The notes beneath the pieces are model-generated. The model saw only the letters and a program-made list of their open reading frames with translations. It did not search any database and was not told the origin of the DNA. A DNA stretch of 64,000 nt from Camelus ferus (taxonomy: Eukaryota), in assembly GCF_009834535.1 (NCBI RefSeq), contig NC_045696.1:22570001-22634000 (forward strand), in the 5' to 3' direction. Both the position numbers and the translations under genes were made by a program. Every line of letters starts with the position of its first letter. Position 1 is the stretch's first letter. Below are positions 35,731 through 49,808 of the stretch, one piece after another.

Positions 35731-38389
35731 TAGATGCAATTTTTAAAATAATTATTTATTGATTATTATTATATTTTGTGAGAGTGTAGTATCTCACAGA
35801 GTTCAATTACACAGGGCAGAGCAGAGATGACAGTTTTTCTTCTTTATGGCCATCACATCTTGCTGACTTATTTTAGAGATTCTTGGTCCATATTTGAAAA
35901 TTGGCCATCTTTTATGAACAGGAAATTTTAGTCTAAAATATTTTATCATAGGATATGATAAATTGAAAATACATTCGATAATATTACGTTTCCAAATGAG
36001 CAACTTAAGAGCAGTAATAAGTTACAGCTCCCCTCAAGTTTCCATACTTATTAATCGATCTGAGAGGATTCGTTGAAAATGGTTTTCATTTAAACAAAAA
36101 CTCTAGTGTTTTACATTCAACATGCCAGAAGAACAGGTCTTTTAGGCTAGGCACATATGGGTGGTGGGTGTGAAGAGGAAGGCAGGAGGGCTATTAAAAA
36201 ATCGCAATTCGTAAGCAATACAGCAGTGGTGACCTTTGTGTCAAATGGTACATCTAGTCCTTCTGAGATGAAGATCATATTCCCGAGAAAATAAAGTTAT
36301 TCATCAGAATGAATTATGGAGTTGCTGTACTGCTTTATAACATCCAGACAAAGGAGGAATACAGGATATAAGACCAAAGAATGCCCTGTGGAGCCTTAGA
36401 AATTAAAAACAATCTCATAGGAGTAATGGTTTTTTAAAATCCACATATGGATAATGATTTGGAAGAGTTGAAAACTTTCTCATGTCTTACAACCCTCTTG
36501 ACTCCTTCTAAAGTTTCATGCCTTTGTGGTAGAGAAGAGTGAACTGAGGGAGAAAGGGATTTTCTTTATATTCAAATCACTCATTTTAAATGCATACAAT
36601 ATGTTTTCCATTTCCCATTATGTGAAATCTACTTTTTTTTTTTTTTTTCCACCTGCCTTATTCTTACAAGGAGAAACATGAAGGGGCTTTCTCTGGGACT
36701 ACTGACCTTGACTTATTGGTTATCTAGGTCTCTGTTGAGTACCATTTGTTTTTTACTCCGACCAGATGCAGACATTAGAGTTTAATGGGAGCAGAAAGGT
36801 AAAGGGTTGAGAAGACAGGAGACCACAGAGGATGTGAGAGCAAAATTTAGGTGGTGGAATTAGGCTGGAGGTTATGTCTGAGAAAACAAGAGACACAGGA
36901 AGAAGCTTTTTCTTTATTTGTGCGTTGACACAAAGGGTTTGGGTCTAAAGGCCCGACCTTCTCCAGACTGATTGATTTCTCCGGAGCATTTTGCCAAATT
37001 AATGGCTTTCACTAAATCAGTGACTTTAGCAGTTCTGTATTCCTCACGTACAGGTAATTGTGATGAGATAAAACACAAACTGTCCAGCCTAACAGTCGGG
37101 TTTTTTTTTTTTTTGACAAAATACATAGAAATATTTACTAAAACTATAATAGAGTACTTACAAACTTCAAATTATCTATCCATCTATCTTCGAAGAAAAA
37201 CGACATCATAAGCTAGACAGGAGGTGGCAGTTCCTGGAGGACTGCCTGGGATGTGTTGTGGAGCCTCAGGGGGGCGGGGGTGGCTGTTCCAAGCGACAGT
37301 GGCCAGGAGTGCGTAGGACAAAGGATGTCTGCTGTCGGCCCAGATGCCCGTGGGAGCCGTGGACTGGAGGCTGCACTGCAGTCAGAATGGAGATGTTTAT
37401 GAGCTCTGAACCCTGAGCTCTTCTGGGCCTGACAACGTGAGCTGTGGTAACTCAAGCTCTGGGTGTCAGTACGATTCAGGCTCATCAGTTTCACGCAAAC
37501 CACTGCAACAAACAAAAACTAAACAAGACAAAACACACTACCCTGCTTAGTAAGAGTGATCTATTTACCAAGCGTTACTCCTGGAACTGAGGCCTGGATG
37601 GAGTTTGGGGATAGAGCAATGGGACAAGTCCTTGTGACATCTACCTCACCCGCTGGTTAGAGGATTGGAAAGTGCTCCACTGAGGAGTGAGGCTCAGTGG
37701 CCCCACTGGGAAAGCACTGTCAACCCAAGCACAGGAGGGAGATTAGCAAACTCCAAGGACGGCACTCCAAAGCACAGGGCCTGCTTAGTCCCAGGCTGGG
37801 GCGGGGGCAGCGGCCTGGCTTTTGGGAATAAAGCTCTCATGTAGTGGGGCTGGTGCACTGCCATACACCTTGCTCAGAGTTAATTCCTTTAAGTTCTGCT
37901 TAAGATTTTTTTTTTTTTTTGCTTAAATTCATGATAATAGTGGCATATATTCGAGGTCAGGTTAATCAAATCTTTCAAGTTCTACAGAACCGACTTGTTT
38001 CTGTCCTGTCTACATCATCCCAAGAGACCACAGCTACAGTGAAGATTTTATTTTCAGTACTAACGTATGATGAGGGAGTTCTTTTTGGGAGACATTTTGC
38101 CCCCTTCACCTCAAGAAAGTAGGACTAAAAGCCCACTTGGGTATGATAGCAAAACTGTGAAATTAGGAGATTATTTCTGCCAGTAACGTCCTCACATTCA
38201 GGCTTCTCCTTTGGAATCTCCCTTAGATTGAACCTGTTTCCCCTCCCCCCATCCCCCTTCATTCCACTTCCCACTATCTTAGTGCCGTGAATTAGCTCCA
38301 AAGTTGTAGAAAGAACAGCTAAAAACAAATTGCAATTTATTTATCTTCTGAATCTTCCACAGAAGGCAACTGGCAGTGGTGCACAAGAA

Positions 38390-38545
38390 AGTCGAGGGGG
38401 TTGTTAAAAATTCTCAAGTAAAGATACTTGGGTCATGACTGGGAGTTTCTGACTGAGTAGGTCTAAATAGGTACCAAAAATCTTTAGTTTTAACAACTCT
38501 CCCCAGTGACTCTGATGCAGATGGTTTGAAAAATATGCTGAATAA
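38390..38545. mobile_element. MER5-like hAT fragment
   Basis: gagtttctgactgagtaggtct...ttttaacaactctccccagtgactctgatgcagatggtt. Confidence 0.6.
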
Positions 38546-38959
38546 TATAGTAAGGGATGACTGTTGCATAAGGATTAGCAGACTGCTCCAAATTGATACA
38601 GGAAGATAAATTGTGGCCTTCTGAAGGTAATATCCAATATCGTGGCATAGCCCTTTAATTATTGTTATTAAGGAATAGTCAGACCAGATAGCAAGAGAAT
38701 TGACTGGCCAGCGAGAGAACAGTTGTTAGCCATGGTGGAAATTTTGGTGCCTTTTAGGTCATACAATTTAGGTGCCAGTTATTCTTCCTGGTCTGGGTGG
38801 AGTATATCCACGTCTGGTAAACAGCTTAAATTGGTTGTATAACTAAGAGAGGTACATCAGGGGTGGAATTAAGCAGCATCTACCGTGATACTTCTGAAAA
38901 TATGACCTATCTGTGCACCACATTTGATATAAAAATCCTTGGTTGGTGGCAGGAATATC

Positions 38960-39105
38960 CAGGCAGGGCAAGGGAGCAAGTTTAAAAAAGTAGATTCCAG
39001 GTTGCCATCCCAAGCCTTTTATTCAGAATCCCCTGGAGTATGGCCTTGAAGTATGCATTTTTGACGAACTCTCCAGGTGACTCTTAGGCATTTGAGAACC
39101 ACTGA
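38960..39105. mobile_element. MER5A-like hAT fragment
   Basis: tagattccagg...attcagaatcccctggag...tgcatttttgacgaactctccaggtgactct...tttgagaaccactg. Confidence 0.7.
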
Positions 39106-40449
39106 TCTGAAGTGGAAATTAAAAGCAAGATCTTAGAGGCATGTTTAAAATAAAGAAAAATAATAGATATTTAAGCATGAGTCTTTTAACTGTGTTGACA
39201 AGAATGAACACAATATATCTATTTTTCTGTGATTTGAAGTGTATCCGTTTTATTACCTTCTGCTCTGAATGTTTTCTTCCAAGCACAGATCTTGCCTGGC
39301 TAGCACGTTCAATTCCACCAAAGTCCAGATGACCATCTGTGGGTGGCTTGGACTAGATTTAATTCCTCATCCAACATTTCTATGTATTTTGAAAAAGAAA
39401 AGAAAAAGCATGCCCATGTTTTGATTTGTATGAGACCAACCCTTCCCTGTCTTCATGATCTCTTTAGTGTCACATGAAATATACACAGAGCAAGGACTGC
39501 CAGGAGACAGATGACCCATCTCAGTCTACCTTATTCCTGGGACAATCAAAGGCTACTTTGCAGTATTGTTGGATAGATGCAATCATTTAAAATTAGTTTT
39601 AATTATATGACATTACTTTAATTTTCTATTTACTTTGAAAAGTAAAGCACCTTGGAAATAAATTGCTGCTCTCCATGACCCTCCTTTCTCTGGACCTGGG
39701 GGAATTTGTTATGTTCTTACTTTGTCTTGCCAGAGAGGGCCTTCCATCCCACCATTTGCTGTAACACTCAGGCTTCACTTCTGTTCCCAGTATTCAGGAA
39801 GGCTGTCACTCCTAGGTCTCATTTTGTCCTTGGTTTGTAGCACTCTGGCTCTGGTGATGATTAACCAACACAAATCTTTTAAAGCACCTCCAAGCAACAC
39901 TTGTACATGTCTAATAGCTCAGGTCCACTCAGTGTTAAATTAAAAATTGCCCAGTGATGGGTGCTTAGGAGGTTTTGAAATCTAATAAATGCTGAGAAAT
40001 GTGGTGTTCTTAATGCTTTTACTGCTGTCATGCTGCTGTGCACAGTTGCCATGTGGCACACTCACAGGTTCTGAACCCACCTGCCAGTCAGTAGTCAGAG
40101 GAAAGATTTCTGAAAGCAGGTACTTGTGTGCATGAAATTCAATTATTGCTTGGGGAGATCTGTGTAATTTATATTCATATGTTGTACAACCTAATTATCT
40201 ATAAAGTAATAGTATCTTCTTGAAAATATTCAAAGAAAGGCATAAAATAAAAAGCTCAGTAAAGTCCCAAGGAATAGCTCAATGGGAAAAAAAATACAGA
40301 GTCTGAACTAAAACTTTATAACATGTATGGATGTTTAGATATTCTTTGTAATATTCTTTTGATATATTCCATTCCATTCTATTCTTTGGTTTCTCAAATG
40401 TTGGTTAAAATTAGTTTTATGATTCACAATAGTTTTTTTTTTTTAACTA

Positions 40450-41350
40450 CAATATAAAATATACTGTTCTAGAGACAAAAGATTCCATGGAGAGTCATGG
40501 GAACCAAATACTGGAGACTTGGGAAAGAAAGGCAGTCCAAGGACACCCTTAAACAGCAGTCTAAGTAGCAATTCTTAGGTAACAATTTAGGAGTCACTAT
40601 GGGGTTTTGAATCGATGTGGCATTATTACTGCTAACTTTTAGAAAGACAAATCTGGCAACAAATGTGTAACAGAGTATTGGAGAGTTTGTTAGCATCCTA
40701 TAGTAATAGTGCAGGAGAGTAGGGGGAAAGGGTAGAGTAACATGCAAAATATATTTGAATGGCAAGAGGAAGAGAGAGAAAGGAGTCAGAAGGAATTTGA
40801 GTTTTGGGTGATTAGCATTTTGGGGGTAGTTGTGGGCTCGATTTTGTTCTCCCCAAATTCATATGTTGCTGTCCTAATCCTCAGGATCTCAGAATGTGAC
40901 TGTATTTGGAGATAGTGCCTTTAAAAAGGTGTGAGGGTGGGCTCTAATGCAGCCCAACTGGTGTCCTCTAAGAAGAGGAAATTAGGCGACACACAGAGAG
41001 AGGGACCAGGAGTGCATTGGAACACAGGGACAACGATGTGGAGAGGCAGCTAGAGGGCGGCCGTCTGCAAGCCAAGGAGAGAGGCCTCATAGGAGAGCAA
41101 CATTGCCAGCACGTTGATTCTTGAGGTCCAGCTGCCAGAACTGTGAGAAAATGAATTTCTATTGTTTAAGCCACCCAGTTTGTGATATAATGGCAACCTA
41201 GTAAACTAAGACAGATATATTAACAGAAATAGAGACATCAGAAAAAGAGATAAACTTGGGGGTTGGGGCAGCATAGGAAAGAGAAATATTTTTCTGACCT
41301 TGGATATATTGAGCCTGAAATATTGATGTAACAGGCAAAAAGACAGTAAG
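40450..41350 (-). mobile_element. L2 fragment interrupted by MLT1B-like LTR
   Basis: Purine-rich L2-like stretches (ttttagaaagacaaatctggc, gagagaaaggagtcag, ttggatatattgagcctgaaat) on both sides of the LTR. Confidence 0.5.
40828..41213 (+). mobile_element. MLT1A/B-type MaLR solo LTR
   Basis: caaattcatatgttg...cagaatgtgactgtatttggagatag...gcaagccaaggagagaggcctc...ccagaactgtgagaaaatgaatttctattgtttaagccacccagt...aaactaagaca. Confidence 0.88.
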
Positions 41351-41999
41351 AAGAGAAACAAGGAAACATGATCTTGTTGTTATCAAAAATACATTCATGC
41401 ATACATAATACATACCTTCATACATACATAGAACAAAAGTAAACCTAGTCTTGTTTAGAGAAAGATTATAGAAAATTCCTCACGTATTTTGGAGGTGTCA
41501 GAAGTACCATTGGCTGGAATTTGAATTTATCATTTTGCACTTGAGGCTTAAAAAATATAATTCAACTTTACAATATGCTTTCCTCAAAAATGTTGGTTTG
41601 ATCTAAAGAATAATGTGATAATCTAATTTAAAGGAGTATTCTGCAGTTTTCTTAGTTATTGCTAAATCTGTAGACAGCAGCAGACCACTCACATATAGCA
41701 TGCTTAAGGAACTGAAAGTGAAAACGAGACATGTATTTAGAATATGCAAAAGATATTCAGCCCTCTTTGTATGCAATTCCATGACTAACTTTAATTTGGA
41801 CCCATTTTTTTCCTCTCTTACCAAAGCCCCTTAACTATTAAAAAAAAAAAAGATTCATACTGAAATTCATTTAACCATTTTTTAAAAATTTTGCTGAAAT
41901 TAAATTGCATGCTATGAAAGTTATAGGCCATTTATATATCTTTTACTCTACTTGAAATGTCTTTTCTAACAAACAAAAATATGATCTTTATTTCCTTTG

Positions 42000-43980
42000 T
42001 TTTGTTTTCATTCATAGAAAAAATATCCTGTAGCGTAATTTATAAAACTAGGATTCTACACCTTTTTTTCCACTTAAGAACAAGTCTTGGAGAGCTTTCT
42101 ATATGAGAAAATAAAGCTCTTCCTCAATGTTTACCTGCAACTGAATGATATTCCATTGTGTGAGTCTCCAAAATTTAGTCGGTTCCCTTTGGTGTGCATT
42201 TAGGTTGTTTTCATTCATTTTTTACTAGTGGAAACATTGCTGCTGTAAATAGTTTTGGATGAATGTCATTGAGATGGGCAGAATTCTAATGCTCATGATC
42301 TTTGCCCTCCAGTATTATGCCTGTGTGTGTTATGATGCATGGCAAAGGGACTTTGCAGATGAAATTATGGTTACAGATCTTAAAATACAGAGATTATCCC
42401 AGATTATCCACGTGGGCTCAATGTAATCATATAGGTCCTGAAAATCAGAAAAGCAAGGCAAACGAGTCAGACTGATGCAATGATGGAAGAAGAGGCAGAG
42501 GAGATTTGGAGCATGAGAAGATAGAGGAAAGGGGCCAGGATCCAGGGAATGCGCGCAGCCTCTGGAAGGTGGTAACAGTCCTCACATGGCAGTAATCAAA
42601 ACAACAGAGATCTCATATCTACCACTGCCAAGGAATGGATTTTGCTAAAAGCTTAACCACTTGACTCAGTAGGAAACAGATTCTTCCCTGAAGCCTCCAG
42701 AATGAGCACAGCCCTGGCAGCATTTGATTTCAGCCCTGTGAGATTCTAAGCCAAAAACCAGCTTAACCCGTTGGATTTCTGACCTACAAAACTGTGATAG
42801 TAAGTGCATGTGTTTTAAGTTTGTGGCATTTTGTTACAACAGCGACAGAAAACTCACACAGTCGTTTTCATGGGTACCTACTAGGTAAATTTCTACAGTG
42901 GAATAATGGGATCAAAGAGTGTGTGCAATGATAATTTTGATAGATTCTTAAAATTGCCTATACAAAAAGGTTATAGCAAAGTCACCCTCCCATCAGCAGT
43001 GACAGTCCAGATTTTCCCATTGTCAGATAGTAGAAAATGGTGTCTCGGTTTTCTTTTAATGTTTGTCTTGTTTCATGTAAAGTTTTACATCTTTTACACT
43101 TTTAAGAGCCACTTTTATTTCCATGTCTCTGAATTTCATATAGTTCTCCCATTTCTCAATAGGATTGGCAGGTGTATCTTGTTGATTCTTAAAATTGTTT
43201 ATATACTATAGTATGTTCTTTGTCTATAAGTTGTATTTTCCCCCTCAATTTGACTTTTGCCTTCTGATTCTGTTTGTGGTAGTATTTTAACGCATATTTT
43301 AATTTTTATGGAGTCAAGTGTATTTGTCTTTTATTTAATGGCTTCCAGATTTTATGTCTGCCTAAAAAGGTCCTTCCTAGGTAAAGGTCTTAAACAAAAA
43401 ATTCACTTTTGTGTTTTTAGTACGTTTGGTTTCATTTTTGACATTTATATTTAATCTTCCCATATGTTAAATAATCCTTTTTCCCTAATGATTTGAAATG
43501 CTATTTTAATCATGGCTTAAATTCCTGTTTATATTTTGTGTATTTCTTAGTCTGTTCCTTTTATGATTGTTTACTCATGCACTAGCACCACACTTCAGAT
43601 TATTGAAGCTTTAAAATATGTTTTAATATCTGGTACTGTTAACCTGCCACGTTGTTTTTCCTTTGTTGTTTTCATAACCTTTAGAATTACCTTGCTAATT
43701 AAAAAACATCTAGCAAGTGAGTTTCCTTGGGTACTAATGCATTTATAGATTAGCTCAGGGAGAATATTTGTCTTTACAATATTAAGTCTTCTTATCCAAG
43801 AACAACTAATGTAATTTTATTTGTTTAACTTTTCATTTAAGTCCATAACACCTTAGTCTCCTGAATAAGGACTTTCACATTTATTGTTAAGTTTATTCCT
43901 AGACATTCTTTTTTCATTGTCATTGTAAAGGGAGCCTTCTGTTTTATCTTCTAATGGGTTGTTGTTTGTGAGTAGATATT
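42000..43980 (-). mobile_element. Ancient L1ME-type fragment
   Basis: atattccattgtgtg...catttaggttgtttt...gtggaataatgggatcaaag...ttaagtttattcctagaca are antisense L1 ORF2/3' motifs. Confidence 0.7.
42270..42860 (+). mobile_element. MLT1D/E-type MaLR solo LTR nested in L1ME
   Basis: TG...CA ends, with ggcaaagggactttgcagatg, gagattatcc and gatttctgacctacaaaactgtga internally. 5-bp TSD GTCAT (42265-42269) / GTCGT (42861-42865). Confidence 0.88.
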
Positions 43981-44050
43981 TTTCTGTTGGTTTGGTTTCT
44001 TTGGAGAACCCTGAGTAATACAAATTTGGAACTTGCTGTGAGAGTAGGGA
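43981..44050 (+). mobile_element. MLT2 LTR 3' tip
   Basis: ctgttggtttggtttctttggagaaccctgagtaataca matches the MLT2 terminus. Confidence 0.6.
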
Positions 44051-46829
44051 GTCTGAAAAAGTAAACTCTGTCTCTTTGCCTACTTCAAACAACCTACATA
44101 TTGTTATTCAACTGTTGATGAAAGAGAAGGATAATCAGTGCCCATGCAGAGATAAGCAGCCACAGGAACTCTGACTTCAGGCCTGAGCTGAAACTCATGT
44201 GAAATGTGAAACACGGTGCTAGGATACAAAGCGTATTAAAAATAAATGTTATGAATCAGTAGTAAAGTTTACCCAGCATTCATTTCTTTAAAGGTTGCTG
44301 AGAAAATACATCTTTAAAAATAGTGGTTTAAAAGTGTTTGATCAGGCATGCCATAAAGCATAGTTACAGTTTTGAACTTTCAGACTTAAATGAGGAGCAA
44401 ACAGCCACCACTATGTGGAACCTTAAGGAAAACAAGTCAAGGTTTTTCCTATGGCTGTAGCAAAATCATAAAAACTTGTCATAGTATCCAGAGTAGAATA
44501 AATATACTAATCGGGGACTTCTTATGTGCTGACATTTAAAAAATTACGAAATGACAGTGACTGTCACAACTGATATAAACAGAGTATAATGAAACAGATA
44601 AATGTATTTTAGTAAGTAAGGTCGTATATATCCACAAACCAAGAATGAGTAGTTTCTAAAACTTGGCTACCAGTTTTTTAAAATATGTAATATTTCATAA
44701 AAACCAAGTTAAATTTCTAACAAATCTGATGTGTTCCCACAATGAGTTCCATTCAACTTTATACACCTGCTTCAAGTTATTTTTTACAAAGCAACTGGAA
44801 ATAATGGAGAAGAAGTTAGATGAAGTGTATTTCGACTGAGTAAAAGCAAAATCAAACAAGTATACACACACATAAAATCTACCTTCAGAGAATATTCAGT
44901 TAAACAAATTGTAGAAAAATGCCCAAGGCTCAAAAAAATTCAAAGAATAAAATCTATTTGAATTTAAGAGTTAAAGGAGTAAACATAAAACACTTAAGCA
45001 AATTCTCATTTTTAAAATAAATTTAAATGATCAGATAGGCCTGTTTTCTAACATTAGTCTTTGGGGGACATAAACCTAATTATACATTTTATTTTATGAT
45101 ATTTAATGTTCTTCATTTAAGAGAAATCAGCAGAGAAGTTTGATGTTTCCACCTATGGCTACCTAATAAAATTTTTCCCATAAAATTTTGCATTTGTGTT
45201 GTTTAGTTCAATGGGCACCTTAGGTAAGGGAACAAGTTACTACAGACTTCTATGAAATCACTATTTCCATAAATCTTGGAAGCCAGCTTACCCAATGAAT
45301 GAGCCTTTAGATTTTAAAGATGTCTAGATTGTTTTAATGTAATTGGCACTTGACTCTGCATGGAAATTTAAATAAATATTCGACACAGGGAGAAGAGCTC
45401 AACCCTAGTTCCTGAGGCAGAAATGAGTTTGCTCTAATTCCTTCCTGTGTCTTAACTGGCTATACAAAGTCCAAGGACTGAAAATAAACAAATGAACTGT
45501 GTCTCTTATAAGTTATTTAAAGATAGGAGGTTATTAAATAACTTAGTATCATTAATCTGTCAAGTACAGCCTTCTTCGTCAAAGAGAGCACCATTTATAA
45601 CAACAACTTTATGGTTTAAAAACAATTTTATGCACAAATGCCTGCAGGAAAGGAGGGATAATGAGAAAATATGGAACTGCTAGAATCAACAAAAGAATTT
45701 AAAAAAATGTACCAAGTTATCTCAGAAATGAGCAGTTCAGTAACATGATATTATGAGTAAAGATAGATGGTCAAGTATGTTCTAATTTATTTTTTTCGTC
45801 CAGTATAATACCTGGCACAAGGTGAGCCAAATATTAAGTGACTTATTTCTCCTACTCTGGCTCACTCATTTACCGAACAAGTACCTTTTGAATACTAATT
45901 TTAGAATAGAAGTCAAAAGAAACTCTTACTTTTAATTGTGTTAACATTGATTTTATCATTATGTCATTTTGGTGCCTATTTATAACATAGGACAGAGAAT
46001 GGTGTAGGGTTTTTGTTTACTTTTAAGTAAAACCAAAAGAAATAGTAAAAATAAAGAATTTTGAAATGATTTAGCTAGTGTTGCTTTTGAATGAAAAAAG
46101 CTGATTTGGAGACAATACCTTATGTATCTTTGACTTTCCAAGTTTTTTACTCCATAGTTTTGTTTCTCAATCTTCTCTTGCACGTAAGCACGGTGAAGTA
46201 TCTTTGATCTCGCCCCTATTATTCTATATGTTTGCTGCTACTAATACTCAAACTTTCCTAATCCACTCTAGGTCTTTTACTAGGCTGTCCAATTGTCAAG
46301 TCTAAACCTGAGCCAGGGGTTCATTCTGGCTTCTATGGCTATTCTGTTTATCTCATAGTGAATTTGTGGTCATAGCCCCATGATAGGTACCGGTTAATTC
46401 CCACTGCTATCCTTCAGTTGCTGACAGTTCTTTCCTTAACCATTCTCTGATTGCTTCCAAGTTGTTATTATCAAACTTGAGTCCTTTGATGTATTGGAAT
46501 TTTGGTCTTGTCCATTCATGTGTAGTTCAAACATGGTATTAGGTGATTAACATGACTATTGCAACCTAAAGAAATAATACTCTCTTGGAAAATCCTCACT
46601 TTAAACCTGGGATACAGTGGGTATTCTTTATGAATTTTTCATACACAGAAACCAAGGTGATTTCTGAGAAAAAGTATTAGAATCAAAAGCACTAGGCAAG
46701 CAGTAACCCCGTCGAGAGAGGTTTTTTTGTTTGTTTGTTTTGGTTTGGTTTTTCTTTTTTTACTCTAAGTTAAATGTATTTTCTACCTTTCAGGTTTTTT
46801 CTGAGTTACTTCAACCATCCACCCATGTT

Positions 46830-48340
46830 CCCATCAGTTAATCAATCAACCCATCTAGCAAACATTTTCTGTGTCATTGTCCTAGACCTTCTTGGAGAGA
46901 GAGTAACAAATAATGGAAACATTCTTGTTAGTTTCAGAGAGCTTGGAGTTTAATTAGCAGTATGGATAAGTAATCAGGAAATTTGAAATATTATGTGTGT
47001 GTTAAAGGTTTTAAGAGCAGAAGTAAAATGCCCTGTGGCAAAATACAGTAGAGGCAACTATCAGGGATCTGAGGATTCAGAGAAGGATTCTTGACCAAAG
47101 AAATATTTAGGCCTAACCCTGAAGTTAGAGTTATTGAAAATGAGAGTGAAGCAGCATGATGATGTAGACAGAGTGAGCAGCAGAGATATCTGAGCAACTG
47201 AAAGCAGTTTAGCATAGTGTGAGGTGGAAGCAGGGGAGGAGGGAAAGAAATAGAAAAGTAAATGGGAGTGTTAAGCAAAGTCCTGATTATAAAGAACAGT
47301 TTAGCAAAATTAAATCATTTGGGCCTCAAACTAAGAGTAAAGGGCAATCATTATAAAGTGTCTTGAAGTAGGTAATGATGAGCTAGAGTGGAAAATGGAC
47401 TGAAGGGGAAAAGGCTGGAGACATGGAGACCAGGGTGAGGCTATTGAAGGAATTGAGGTAAGAGATGATGGTGGCTTGAACTAGGATGGTGGATCTAGGG
47501 ATGGGTAGAAGTTGATGGATTTGAAAAGTTTTTAAGAGATATGTTGAGAAAAATTAAGGAATGATTTAATATTGGAAGTGAGGATAAAGTTGATTATAAT
47601 GACTACAATACTGTCTTGAGTAGGTAATGGTGATACAATTATACTGAGAGAGAGAATATAGAAAGATAAGGAGTTTGGGGAAAAGGAGATGACAGATTAC
47701 TCTGGGATTTCTTAACTTTGATATGTGAGTAGAGCTGCAAAGTGGAAATACCAGTGTAAGTAGGATAATGTTTTCCCAAGCTCAGGAGAGAGCCCTGGTC
47801 AGGAGATTGATGTTTGGTATACACCAACCTATAGCAGTTACTAAAGCCATGGAAATTAAGATAATCACACAGAGAGTAAGGTAGAGTGAAAAGAATTAGC
47901 TTAATTGAACTGGAAAGACAATAACATTTAAGGACAGAATAGGAATCAAACACACACACATCCCCAAGAAGATTAAAGAGAGGTGGGAAGAAAACCAGAA
48001 AAGTGAAATGTGATGAATGTAAAGGAAGAAAGTGCTTTAAAAGGGAAGGAATGGATAGTGTGTCAGGTACTTCCAAAAAATAAAATGAGATAATGGGTGA
48101 GTGCCCACTGATTTAGGCAGACCATGATTGACGTTGAAAGAGTAATTGGAGCAGAAGCCAGATTACTGTGGATTAAAGAATGACTGGAAAATAAGGAGGT
48201 AGTGACAGTGAATGTAGAGAAATCTTCCAAGATCAGCTGTGAGTGGGAAGGAAGGTTTAGGGTAGTTGCTGGACTAGTTTGCAACACTATGGTGGAGACT
48301 TGAGCAGTTTATACTCTGATGAGAATTGCTTCCATAGAGA
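46830..48340 (-). mobile_element. L2 LINE, ~1.5 kb
   Basis: Tail-like atcaatcaacccatc, then ggagaccagggtgaggctattg...gatgatggtggcttgaactagg...aagccatgga...agccagatt. Confidence 0.8.
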
Positions 48341-48534
48341 ATTGTAGTATTGTAGTTTTCATAAGAAATGAGTAAGGATGCCAAATGCCCTCGGAATGGA
48401 TTTTCTTGGCAATCCAATTCAGGGGGCGTCACTAAAGTCCTTGGTCTTGTTATTAGTTATGTTGGTTCCAAAAATAAATCTTACCTATGTTAAAGTTTAT
48501 GTCAATATGTTAGTAAGAATATTAATTTCTCAAT

Positions 48535-49315
48535 TAATAGATTATTTTAGATAAGTTTTAGGTTTACAGAAAGATTGAGCAGGTAGTATGGAGCATTCCT
48601 GTACATCCTCCTCCACCTCTTAACTCCACACAGTTTCCCCTACTGTTAATAACTCACATTAGCATCACCTATTTATTACAATTAATGAACCAACACTGAT
48701 ATATTATTATTAATGAAAGCCTATGATTCATTCAGATTTCCTCAGCTTTTACTTATTGTCCTCTCTCTCTTTTCTGTCTCCTTAATCTCTTCTTGGCTTT
48801 GAAAGTTTCTCAGACTTTCCTTGTGTTTGATGACCTTGACGTTTTGGGCAGTACTCGTTGGATATATTGTAGGGTGACCCTCTACTGGGATTGGATGTTT
48901 TTCTCATGATTGTACCAGGGTTATGGATTTTGGGGAGGAAGTTCACAGAAGTAAAGTGTCTCATTTTTATCATATCATATCAAGGTTGAAGGGCACATAC
49001 CATCTGCATGAATTATGACCATTGATATTGACCTTAATTACCAGGCAGAAGTAATCTTTGTCAGGTTTCTCCTCTGTTACTCTTTCTCCTCTATTTCCAT
49101 ATTGTACTCTTTGGTGGGAAGTCACTATATGCAGCCCACTTTTAAGGATGAGGCATTAAGTTCCCCTCCATTAGGTTGGAGTATCTCCTTAATTTATGTG
49201 GAATTCCTCTGCATAGGAGATTTGTCTCTTTTTTTGTTAATTTATTTAATCATTTATATTAGGTGGACTCATGGATATTTATTTTATCTTTTGGGTTATA
49301 ATCCAATACTAATTG
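48535..49315 (-). mobile_element. L1MC-type 3' end
   Basis: ttttaggtttacagaaagattgagc...acaattaatgaaccaacactgatatattattatta...tttgatgaccttgac...gtcaggtttctc. Confidence 0.8.
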
Positions 49316-49579
49316 ATCACTTAGAGGGAATATAAAGGAAATCATTTTATTATAAAATTTACTGATCTTAAAATCACATCAAGGAGTTCATTTTTATTTT
49401 GATGGTATTCTAACTTTACCATACACATAGTGCCTTTGGCCCTCCTTCCCTTTTGCAGTTAAGTTACCTGTCGAGTGCGCAATACAGTCGTTATGTTCAT
49501 TACCTTGAATCAAAATGAATGTTCCTTCCTGGACCCATGCACAAATTTTTCTTCTTTGCATTATGCCTCTACTTTTCTC

Positions 49580-49808
49580 TTGGCTTCTCTGCAGTATAAT
49601 AGGTATTCTGGCCACATATACTTACTGAGTATTAAAATGTGGCTAGCATCACAAAATTAGATTATAATATTTTGGATACATTGGTTTAAATAAAATGTAT
49701 TATTAAACGTATTTTATCTGTTCTTTTTATTTTATAAACATGTAGCTACTTGGAAATTTAAACTTACTACACATTTGCTCACGTTGTTTTTCTACTGGAC
49801 AGCATTGG
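49580..49808. mobile_element. MER33/MER3-like hAT fragment
   Basis: tggccacat...aaatgtggctag...tgtagctacttggaaatttaaa...tttctactggacagcattg. Confidence 0.7.
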
